DNA of 16,332 bases from Candidatus Diapherotrites archaeon CG08_land_8_20_14_0_20_30_16. Its GTDB lineage: Archaea > Iainarchaeota > Iainarchaeia > Iainarchaeales > 0-14-0-20-30-16. The first letter of the stretch is position 1. Each line of letters begins with the position of its first letter. Below are positions 1-6,872 of the stretch, piece by piece. A program made the translations under genes and the position numbers. The notes below the pieces were generated by a model. That model made no database searches. It worked only from the letters and a program-made list of their open reading frames with translations, and was not told where the DNA came from. The stretch is taken from NCBI GenBank assembly GCA_002779075.1, contig PEXK01000055.1:1-16332 (forward strand), written 5' to 3'.

Positions 1-103
1 AAAAATGCTTGATGGCTTTTAAAGAGTGGAAAACAAAAAAGGATAAAAAGATGTATTAGCAGCTCTAAAAAGCAGGCTTATTTTAAATATATCTAACAAT
101 TAT

Positions 104-1405
104 ATGTATATTATAAGAGTGGTTTTGGTGTACATAGAGAAAGTTTTCAAAGAAAAAAAAATAGGAAAAGAATACGAAATCAAAGGCTGGGTCTACAGAA
201 TAAGAAAAATGAAAGACAAAGTGTTCATTGTTGTAAGAGACTCGTATGGTATTATACAAGTAGTTTTTGATGCAAATTCTCCCTGCTTTAATGATGCTGA
301 AAAATTAAAAATGGAATCCTCTTTAATTATTAAGGGAAAAGTAAAAGAAGAACCTAAAGCACCTGGCGGCTATGAATTACAAGGAATAAAATTAGAAATT
401 GTTCATATCGGAGAAGATTTTCCAATAAACAAAGATTTGAATGAAGAGCTTCTTGGGGATAGAAGACATTTGTGGTTAAGAAGTAGAAAAATGACTGCAA
501 GCATGAAAATCCGTTCAACAGTTCTTTTTGCATTACATGAATATATGCATAAAAAAGGATTCACAGAAATTCATGCACCATCTTTAAGTGGTGCTACAAG
601 CGAAGGTGGTTCTGAAACATTTGAAGTTAAATATTTTGATAAAAAAGCTTATTTAACTCAATCATGGCAGTTTTATGCTGAAAATTTTATAGGTGCATTA
701 GAAAAAGCTTATGCAATTGCACCTTCTTTCAGAGCAGAAAAATCAAAAACTCCTTGGCATGTTACTGAATTCTGGCATTTTGAAGTAGAAGGTGCATGGA
801 TGGATTTGAAAGATGATATGATTATTGCAGAAGATTGTATAAAATATGTTATAACAAAAGTATTAGCAGAAAATAAGAAAGATTTAGAAATTCTAGAAGT
901 AAATAAATCTAGATTTGAAAATGTAAAGACACCTTTCAAAAGAATAACATACAAAGAAGCAATTGATACACTTATTAAAAATGGTCACGATATAAAATAT
1001 GGTGATGATTTTAAATCTGCAGAAGAAAGAGGCTTGGCAAAATATTATGGAAATACATTTGTCTTCGTTACTAATTACCCTTTGGAATTACTCAAATTTT
1101 ATCATGGCGAAGATCCAAAAAATCCAGGCACAGGAACAAATTTCAATTTATTGGCGCCCGATGTTGGAGAAATGATTGACGGTTCTCAAAGGGAGCCTGA
1201 TTTAAATAAAATTATTGTAAGATTAAAAAAGTCAGGAATTGATTTAGGTATGTCTGATTGGTATTTAGATTCAAGAAGATATGGTTCAGTACCTCACGCA
1301 GGATTTGGTTTAGGTGTTGAAAGATTTGCAGCTTGGATTTGCGGTTTTGATAATATAAGAGATTCAATACCATTTCCCAGAACACCAAACAGGTTTTACC
1401 CTTAA
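104..1405 (+). CDS. asnS: asparaginyl-tRNA synthetase (class IIb, archaeal type)
   Basis: 433-aa ORF. N-terminal OB fold 'IKGWVYRIRKMKDKVFIVVRD'. Class II motif 2 'PSFRAEKSKTPWHVTEFWHFEVE' and motif 3 'GSVPHAGFGLGVERFAAWI'. The C-terminal 'PFPRTPNRFYP' is typical of AsnRS rather than AspRS. Start is uncertain: TATA-like TTTTAAATAT at 81-90 predicts a TSS near 112, so GTG at 128 (MYIEKVF..., preceded by SD-like GAGTGG) may be the true start. Confidence 0.9.
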   Translation: MYIIRVVLVYIEKVFKEKKIGKEYEIKGWVYRIRKMKDKVFIVVRDSYGIIQVVFDANSPCFNDAEKLKMESSLIIKGKVKEEPKAPGGYELQGIKLEIVHIGEDFPINKDLNEELLGDRRHLWLRSRKMTASMKIRSTVLFALHEYMHKKGFTEIHAPSLSGATSEGGSETFEVKYFDKKAYLTQSWQFYAENFIGALEKAYAIAPSFRAEKSKTPWHVTEFWHFEVEGAWMDLKDDMIIAEDCIKYVITKVLAENKKDLEILEVNKSRFENVKTPFKRITYKEAIDTLIKNGHDIKYGDDFKSAEERGLAKYYGNTFVFVTNYPLELLKFYHGEDPKNPGTGTNFNLLAPDVGEMIDGSQREPDLNKIIVRLKKSGIDLGMSDWYLDSRRYGSVPHAGFGLGVERFAAWICGFDNIRDSIPFPRTPNRFYP

Positions 1406-1440
1406 TTGAATTGATTTTTCAATTCAATTTTATTTTTTTA
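1406..1440. terminator. bidirectional terminator-like hairpin plus T-run between convergent genes
   Basis: Perfect 9-bp inverted repeat TTGAATTGA (1406-1414) / TCAATTCAA (1419-1427) with a TTTT loop, followed by TTTTATTTTTTTATTT. It sits exactly between the asnS stop and the stop of the minus-strand ATPase. Confidence 0.45.
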
Positions 1441-1441
1441 T

Positions 1442-2692
1442 TTATATTATCAATGCAAATAATTCTATTGGAACATATAGATTTGAACCATCAAATCTTA
1501 ATTCGCCATTATAAATAATAATTACATTAGTATTCAAATGTTTTTTGGGTTTCTTACTTAAAGATCCAATTTCAAAAATTTGTCTATTTACCAAAAAATC
1601 GTATTTGTTTTCTTCATAAAAATATTTTATTGGATGATTTAGTGTTCTTATAACACTAACAAAAAAATCTTCTTTTGAAAAACCAATTGCTCGTGTTTTT
1701 TCGGTATCAATTAACGCAAATCTAAAATTAGGAGAATACAAAACATATTTTTTGGCATCGCCTAATCTTTTTGTTGGATTCGCACTTTCTACTGAATAAA
1801 TTATTCTTGCTTTTTCTAACAAAATCAAAAATTTTAGAATCATTGATTTTGATGTTCCTGTATTTTTAGACAAATTTGTTATACTTGTTCTTTCTGCTAT
1901 TGCTATGAAATGAATTATTTTTTTTAAAGTATCTATATTTTCTGTATTAAACCTGCCTATTTTGGGAATATCAACATATATCACTTTATAGATTATCTCT
2001 TTTATAATATTTGAATCATAATTTGTTAACATAAATGGAAAACTGCTTTTCATATATTCTTCAAATTCTTTTTTCAATTCTTTTGTTATGGTATAATAAA
2101 ATTTACTAAGCAAAACAAATTTTTCATTATTATTTTTATCTGAAAAAAGTATTTCATTAATCAAAGAACCATCTTCAAAAACAAAATTATTTTTAATAAG
2201 CAGGTATTCTCTAAAAGATAATGGCTCTATAATATATATTCTAGATCGTCTAATTAAATCTGCACTAATATCTGATGTGTTTAACGCCGAAGACCCCGAA
2301 ATTAAAAACAAAATATCAGGATTGAGATCTACAAGAACTTTTAATTTTAATTGCCAATTTTTAATATATTGTATTTCATCTACAAGTACAATCTTTGTTT
2401 TACTTGTTTTTGCAACATTAATTACATCATCCAAATCGATTTTATTCAAATCTAAAAAATCACCAGAAGTATAAATTGCACCATATTCTTGCAATATTGT
2501 ACCCATAATTGTTGTTTTTCCTGTGCTTCTTAAACCAATGAGAAATAATAAATTAGGTAAACTTTTTGTGCCATACAAATTAACCTGTCTTTTTATTTTG
2601 GAATATATTTCTCTTTGTGTCTTTAATTTAAAATTCTTCTTTTGGATTTGATTGTATTCTATTATTTTATTGACGTTTTCATTATCAGCCAT
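1442..2692 (-). CDS. AAA+ ATPase, COG1373-like (AAA_14 + DUF4143 pattern)
   Basis: 416 aa with an ATG start. Walker A 'GLRSTGKTT', Walker B 'IVLVDEIQ', plus 'LISGSS' and 'EPLSFREY' motifs in the order typical of this family. The C-terminal 'YDFLVNRQIFEIGS' resembles the nuclease-like DUF4143 end but lacks the Lys of ExK. Confidence 0.8.
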   Translation of the reverse strand: MADNENVNKIIEYNQIQKKNFKLKTQREIYSKIKRQVNLYGTKSLPNLLFLIGLRSTGKTTIMGTILQEYGAIYTSGDFLDLNKIDLDDVINVAKTSKTKIVLVDEIQYIKNWQLKLKVLVDLNPDILFLISGSSALNTSDISADLIRRSRIYIIEPLSFREYLLIKNNFVFEDGSLINEILFSDKNNNEKFVLLSKFYYTITKELKKEFEEYMKSSFPFMLTNYDSNIIKEIIYKVIYVDIPKIGRFNTENIDTLKKIIHFIAIAERTSITNLSKNTGTSKSMILKFLILLEKARIIYSVESANPTKRLGDAKKYVLYSPNFRFALIDTEKTRAIGFSKEDFFVSVIRTLNHPIKYFYEENKYDFLVNRQIFEIGSLSKKPKKHLNTNVIIIYNGELRFDGSNLYVPIELFALII

Positions 2693-2714
2693 ACTAATAT
2701 ATAATCAATAATCC

Positions 2715-2722
2715 TTAAATAA
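2715..2722 (-). promoter_or_regulatory. TATA box for the COG1373-like ATPase (leaderless geometry)
   Basis: The minus strand reads TTATTTAA, centred about 26 nt upstream of the ATG at 2692. Several other first-in-unit genes in this window show the same spacing. Confidence 0.35.
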
Positions 2723-2723
2723 T

Positions 2724-2836
2724 GTTCTTCTTTTAGAACTATCTTGCCCCTTTAAAGACAAGTTTCTAATAATTCTGTTGGTTTTGTTGGTTTTATGAAA
2801 GAAATCTTATAGTTCTTTTCTTAGAACTATTCCCCC
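2724..2836. repeat. two copies of a ~26-nt palindrome-containing repeat (GTTCTTnTTnTAGAACTAT..CCCC)
   Basis: Copy 1 at 2724-2750 is GTTCTTCTTTTAGAACTATCTTGCCCC. Copy 2 at 2812-2836 is GTTCTTTTCTTAGAACTATTCCCCC. Each holds a GTTCT-N6-AGAAC inverted repeat. A tandem GTTGGTTTT x2 (2777-2794) lies between them. Confidence 0.6.
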
Positions 2837-3015
2837 AAAAAGAAGGTTTTTGTTACTTATTTCACAATTTTGTAGAAACCCGTATTTATATTTATAAGCC
2901 CAAGAATTACCTTGGTAATGCCTTTTATCTCTTTTGGGCTTAATTCTCAAAGACAAATAAAGGAACATATATTTCCTTTTTTGTTAAACAATATCTTTAA
3001 TATATAAATAAGTTA

Positions 3016-3089
3016 TGACCCTAGTGGGACTTGAACCCACGATCTTAAGCTCCGCAAGCTTACATGTTATCCAACTACACTATAGGGCC
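3016..3089 (-). tRNA. tRNA-Arg (anticodon GCG)
   Basis: 74-nt cloverleaf read on the minus strand. Acceptor GGCCCTA/TAGGGTC, D stem GTGT/ACAT, anticodon stem TAAGC/GCTTA with loop TTGCGGA, T arm GTGGG-TTCAAGT-CCCAC, discriminator A. No encoded CCA. It is a GC-rich island in AT-rich DNA. Confidence 0.93.
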
Positions 3090-3116
3090 ACAACACATAA
3101 AATTAGATAGATAAAC

Positions 3117-3124
3117 TATTTAAA
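3117..3124. promoter_or_regulatory. single quasi-symmetric TATA element shared by divergent tRNA-Arg and UDG gene
   Basis: TATTTAAA (TTTAAATA on the minus strand) is the only TATA-like element in the 56-bp spacer. It is centred about 25 nt from the UDG ATG (3146) and about 31 nt from the tRNA-Arg 5' end (3089). Confidence 0.35.
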
Positions 3125-3145
3125 GTATAGCAACAATCTTGTATT

Positions 3146-3820
3146 ATGAATAATTGCAAAACATTGGAAGCCCTTTGGAAATATGTTGAAAGGATTAACA
3201 ATGAACATTTCAAAGACAATGAACTAAAACCTATTTTAGGAAATGGAAAAACAAAAAACCCAAAAATAATGTTTGTATTTATTAATCCAACAATAAGAAA
3301 TATTAGCTCGGACAATAAATGGGTTGGCCCAAGATTTCCTTTTATTGGAACTAAACAAATTTGGAGAATATTTTGCAAAGTTGGGTTGTTTGATGCTCGA
3401 TTATTGAATATTATCAATAAAGAACCCTACTGGTCTTTAGAATTTACAAACAAAGTATTAGAATATTTGAAACAAAATGAACTTTATATTACAAATGTTG
3501 TGAAATGGACAGGTAAAGACGCTACTTTGCCAGATTCGAAGAAAATAAAATTATTTTTGCCAATATTAAAAAAGGAAATTGAAATTGTTAAACCTAAATA
3601 TATTATTACATTTGGTTTAATTCCTTTTGAAGCATTAACAAAACAAAAAATCAAATTGAAAGACTACTTTGAAAATTCAATAAAAAATAATTCTTTGAAA
3701 TATTTTGAAATCAAAATCAACAATACAAATACAAAAATAATTCCTTGTTATTTTCCAACAGGCAGAGGCGATCCAAAAAAAGCAATAGAAATATTAAAAT
3801 TGATGAAGAAATTAAAATAA
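3146..3820 (+). CDS. uracil-DNA glycosylase superfamily protein, divergent
   Basis: 224 aa. 'PILGNGKTKNPKIMFVFINPT...PFIGTKQ' aligns by eye to the family-4 UDG N-terminal pattern (P.pGeG....imfVGEAPG...G.PFvG.aG). 'LYITNVVKW' matches the family's 'yitN.vkc' pattern. The late 'YFPTGRG' occupies the motif-B position. No 4-Cys Fe-S signature. Confidence 0.7.
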   Translation: MNNCKTLEALWKYVERINNEHFKDNELKPILGNGKTKNPKIMFVFINPTIRNISSDNKWVGPRFPFIGTKQIWRIFCKVGLFDARLLNIINKEPYWSLEFTNKVLEYLKQNELYITNVVKWTGKDATLPDSKKIKLFLPILKKEIEIVKPKYIITFGLIPFEALTKQKIKLKDYFENSIKNNSLKYFEIKINNTNTKIIPCYFPTGRGDPKKAIEILKLMKKLK

Positions 3821-3837
3821 AACAAATCTACAACATA

Positions 3838-4275
3838 TCAACCGTTGATTATTTTCTTTTGTATCATAATGTTCTTTACCATTTGATGCATCCTGTGTGC
3901 ATCATCTATTAAATCAAGAGGAACAGTCTTATTTGCATGCAAACCATCATACTGCACTTTATGCCTGACAGATAAATAATTAAGGCAATTCCTTGCCAAA
4001 TTACTAATTTCATGTTTGCAATATTTCTCAACTAAGTATTGAAAGACACAAAAATGACTTCGTTCTTTGTATCCCTCAGAATAAAGTATAGTGCGCGCAA
4101 AATGAAATAAACTCAAATAAGCCACTATTATACTTGCATCAATCTCTCCCGAATTAAACAGTCTTTCGCCTGTTTCAAGATGTGTTTTTGCCTGATTAAA
4201 TTCTTTAATAATAATTTCATTGCTAAATACAGACTTATTAATCAAACCTTTTGCAATACAGGAATCTAAATCCAT
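3838..4275 (-). CDS. HEPN domain protein (putative toxin partner of the upstream MNT)
   Basis: 145 aa, predicted all-helical. 'GEIDASIIVAYLSLFHFARTILYSEGYKERSH' and 'LSVRHKVQYD' match the PF05168-type HEPN pattern (..SH.. then R....Y). It begins 8 nt after the stop of the nucleotidyltransferase gene on the same strand. Confidence 0.8.
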   Translation of the reverse strand: MDLDSCIAKGLINKSVFSNEIIIKEFNQAKTHLETGERLFNSGEIDASIIVAYLSLFHFARTILYSEGYKERSHFCVFQYLVEKYCKHEISNLARNCLNYLSVRHKVQYDGLHANKTVPLDLIDDAHRMHQMVKNIMIQKKIING

Positions 4276-4283
4276 ACTTTTGC

Positions 4284-4850
4284 CTATATTTTGTTACCAA
4301 ACAGTTTAACTCCTTTTGCTACTTCATTAACAAATGGATTTCCTGACTTTATCATTTTTCTAAAACTAGACAAAGTATAACAGGTCAACTGCAGCTTCCT
4401 ATCAAAAATTTTGTCTTGGCAGAAAACTCTTATTTCTGAAAGGCTTTCATTTGACAATTCATTTGTAGATAATATAAAGATGTCAACGTCACTTTTATCA
4501 TTATATGTTCCAGATGCACAGCTTCCATAAAGATATACTGATATTATTCCATCTTCATTCTTTGAAAAGAATTCATTAGACTCTTTACTTAAGAATAAAT
4601 ATGGAAATGCAATTTTTTTAAATAATTTTGTCAATTCATTCTCTGTATTAATAAAATACAGATGACTTTTACCCACAACTTCCTTTAAAAGAAGTTCTTC
4701 ATTAAACAAATATTTACAATTAATTTCTGCAGCACGCGGGGATATTTTATTCAATCTTGCCAGTTCATTAATTGAATATTTTTGTCCAACATTGGCAGTC
4801 AGAAACAATAAAAGTCTGAATGCAATACAATTGTCTAATAATCGGATCAT
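4284..4850 (-). CDS. minimal nucleotidyltransferase (MNT) with N-terminal winged-helix domain
   Basis: 188 aa. N-terminal wHTH-like 'YSINELARLNKISPRAAEINCKYL'. NTase signature 'LYGSCASGTYNDKSDVDIFIL' (G-S-x10-D-x-D). On the minus strand TTTTAAATAT (4871-4880) lies about 26 nt upstream of the ATG. Confidence 0.85.
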   Translation of the reverse strand: MIRLLDNCIAFRLLLFLTANVGQKYSINELARLNKISPRAAEINCKYLFNEELLLKEVVGKSHLYFINTENELTKLFKKIAFPYLFLSKESNEFFSKNEDGIISVYLYGSCASGTYNDKSDVDIFILSTNELSNESLSEIRVFCQDKIFDRKLQLTCYTLSSFRKMIKSGNPFVNEVAKGVKLFGNKI

Positions 4851-5018
4851 ATACTAAAGTATATAAATATATATTTAAAAATATAATCCAACCTTATTAG
4901 AATACCTAAAAAATGTTTGTTTGGGATAAAAAAGGAATAGATGCAATTATGCATCATATTCATAGACGTCTATGCCTCGAAATGGCACGCGTAGGCGAGA
5001 CTTTTGAGGATTTGATGT

Positions 5019-6467
5019 TTACGCATCATACTCGTAAACATCAATACCTTTAACTTTATCCATTTTGCCTTTTCGAGAACCTATTACTGCCAATATGCCT
5101 CTGCTTTTAGACAGCTCAACTAATCTCTTGGTTATAACCCCATCAAACAACAAATAGCTTGCATTCTTTTGGTCTTTTACTTGTTTAAGAATATCGCGAA
5201 CTTTTGCTTCTTCAATAAGCTTTCCTTGGGTATCAAAAAAGCGGGCACTAAAAGTGTTTTTCAACTCGTCCATGTTTTTCTTAATATCTAAAGGGTATGC
5301 TTTAAATGGATCCTCTCTTTCTCGTGGTCTTGCAAAAGGTTTTTGAAAGGAAGGTCTTTCAAACTCTTTTGGCCTTTGAAAAGACTCTGGAAGTCTGGGC
5401 TCAGAGGTCTCTGCTTTTGATGTTTCTAAAACCAAGGGTGCCTGTGGTTTTATAGAGATAACAAATTCTGGTCTTGGGCTTGGTCTATATTCATTGTAAT
5501 CATTGTGATGTGATCTGGCATAATTATTGCTGGGTCTCTCAAAACTTTCTGATTTCTTCTCATGAACCTCAATATCCAGTTCATTGAAAAGATCTTCTTT
5601 AGAGCCTTCCCAATACTTTTCGCCTAAATCCAGTTCTTCAGATGCCTGCTTAGTTTGTGCTACAGGAATCCTTTTATTCAATGCAGCCAAAATCTGTTTC
5701 TTTGTTAATTCCTCAACTTCCAAACCAGGCGGTGCTCTCGCAATAAAGTCTATCTCAGCTATCTGCAGTAACTTCTTTAAGTCCAAGACTCCGCCTCTGT
5801 CACCATCCAAAAATGCAATTGTTGTTTTCCTTTTTGTCAAATCGACTATGCTTTGAGGTATTTTCGAACCGCCAATAGCAATAACATTTTTTATATTGTA
5901 CCTTAAAAGGTTCAATACATCTGCTCTTCCTTCAACTAATATAACCTCTTCACTTTCATCAATTGTGGGGCCTGCAGGTAATTTATCTAATCCATAAGCA
6001 ACGATTTTAGCGGTTTTGATATCAGATCTAACTTCATTTGTAATTTCGGTACTATCAGGAATTTCTTCATTCAAGATGTTGCTCAAAAGTTCCTTAGCTC
6101 TGTTAACAATCAGCTTCCTTTTGTTACCTCTAGTATCTTCAATAGAATCAGTTTTGAAAAAAGCATCGCAAGGCCCTACTTTATCAACAACTTCTATTGT
6201 TGCTGCCAAAATAGCAGTTTCAACCATGTCTGCCCCAGAGGGTATAATCAGTGTTCCTTTTGTTGCTCCTCTTTCAGAAGCAAGCTCCAATTCTATTCTT
6301 CCTATTTTTCCTGCACTCTGAAGTTCTCTTATGTCCAGATCTTCGCCAATTAGTCCTTCAGATTGACCAAAAATAGCACCTATAATATCGTGTTTGTCAA
6401 CAACACCTTTGATCTCAAAGGATTGTTTAATAATATATTTGGCTTGATTTAAGTATGTTTTTGCCAT
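5019..6467 (-). CDS. dnaG: archaeal DnaG primase (TOPRIM; exosome-associated DnaG)
   Basis: N-terminus 'KGVVDKHDIIGAIFGQSEGLIGEDLDIRELQSAGKIGRIE' is the archaeal DnaG signature. TOPRIM 'VILVEGRADV...AFLDGDRGG'. Conserved C-terminal 'LLFDGVITKRLVELS'. The ORF-track start at 6476 is TTG. I prefer ATG at 6467, which has GGAG about 11 nt upstream. Confidence 0.92.
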   Translation of the reverse strand: MAKTYLNQAKYIIKQSFEIKGVVDKHDIIGAIFGQSEGLIGEDLDIRELQSAGKIGRIELELASERGATKGTLIIPSGADMVETAILAATIEVVDKVGPCDAFFKTDSIEDTRGNKRKLIVNRAKELLSNILNEEIPDSTEITNEVRSDIKTAKIVAYGLDKLPAGPTIDESEEVILVEGRADVLNLLRYNIKNVIAIGGSKIPQSIVDLTKRKTTIAFLDGDRGGVLDLKKLLQIAEIDFIARAPPGLEVEELTKKQILAALNKRIPVAQTKQASEELDLGEKYWEGSKEDLFNELDIEVHEKKSESFERPSNNYARSHHNDYNEYRPSPRPEFVISIKPQAPLVLETSKAETSEPRLPESFQRPKEFERPSFQKPFARPREREDPFKAYPLDIKKNMDELKNTFSARFFDTQGKLIEEAKVRDILKQVKDQKNASYLLFDGVITKRLVELSKSRGILAVIGSRKGKMDKVKGIDVYEYDA

Positions 6468-6560
6468 AAAATTCAACTCCTGATTTTATGGTATATGTTG
6501 TAAGTTCTTAATTGTTTTGAAAGAAGTTATCAACATTGCCATTTAAAATCTACTCCTGGA

Positions 6561-6830
6561 TTAATGAGTAGGAACAAATAGAGATGCTGCCTTTTCGCTA
6601 TTTTCAACAAGCAACACCTTAAAGTGGCTGGTTTCTCCTTGTAAAATCTTTGCATTTATCTTAAGTTCCTTTAAGAACTTTAAAAGCTCTTTATTAGCTT
6701 TTCCTTCAAAAGCAGGGCAATTTATCTTAAAAATATAGGCCCCTTTCTCATTGTCATAACCTAAAAACTCATTCCTTTTGGCCTGAGTTTTAATAAATAT
6801 TTTAACCTTAAAACTATTTGTTCGTTCCAT
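6561..6830 (-). CDS. DUF167 / YggU (UPF0235) family protein
   Basis: 89 aa. 'KTQAKRNEF.GYDN....FKINCPAFEGKANKELLKFLKE' and '..LQGETSHFKVLLV' match the YggU pattern (PgAk.n.i......l.v.v.A.P.eGkAN..l..fL..........G.ts..K.v.i). Confidence 0.8.
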   Translation of the reverse strand: MERTNSFKVKIFIKTQAKRNEFLGYDNEKGAYIFKINCPAFEGKANKELLKFLKELKINAKILQGETSHFKVLLVENSEKAASLFVPTH

Positions 6831-6852
6831 TTTCTTAATCCTAATTATATAA

Positions 6853-6872
6853 TGTATAAATAGGTTTATAAA
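6853..6872. promoter_or_regulatory. pair of divergent TATA boxes in a 64-bp spacer
   Basis: The minus strand reads TTTATACA (6853-6860), about 26 nt from the DUF167 ATG (6830). The plus strand reads TTTATAAA (6865-6872), about 26 nt from the ATG at 6895. Both spacings imply leaderless or near-leaderless mRNAs. Confidence 0.4.

Noticed and set aside
1-59. Possible 3' end of an upstream plus-strand gene (frame 3 is open from the window edge to TAG at 57-59: KCLMAFKEWKTKKDKKMY*)
   Set aside because: Only 18 sense codons are visible, which is too short to tell from chance. It is not reported as a feature.
3016-3089. tRNA-Arg as attachment site of an integrated element carrying the UDG and MNT/HEPN genes
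   Set aside because: Reading by eye, I found no second copy of any part of the tRNA-Arg 3' half elsewhere in the window, and no integrase. The idea is kept only as a weak 'accessory islet' inference.
3103-3417. 104-aa minus-strand ORF overlapping the UDG gene
   Set aside because: It is antisense to a motif-supported CDS and would start inside it, with no recognisable motifs. The same reasoning rejects the other antisense ORFs in the track: 709-954, 2277-2474, 5584-5856, 6016-6321, 7870-8172, 8999-9184, 10091-10303, 10633-10839, 12565-12750, 12880-13107, 13340-13531 and 13618-13860.
4940-5045. Split-tRNA half or tRNA-like element in the GC-rich island (minus strand GTGCC-ATTTCGA-GGCAT resembles a T arm)
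   Set aside because: The loop is out of register with the TTCRANN consensus. No anticodon arm or complementary acceptor strand could be built, and the adjacent 14-bp palindrome is self-complementary rather than paired to a distant half.
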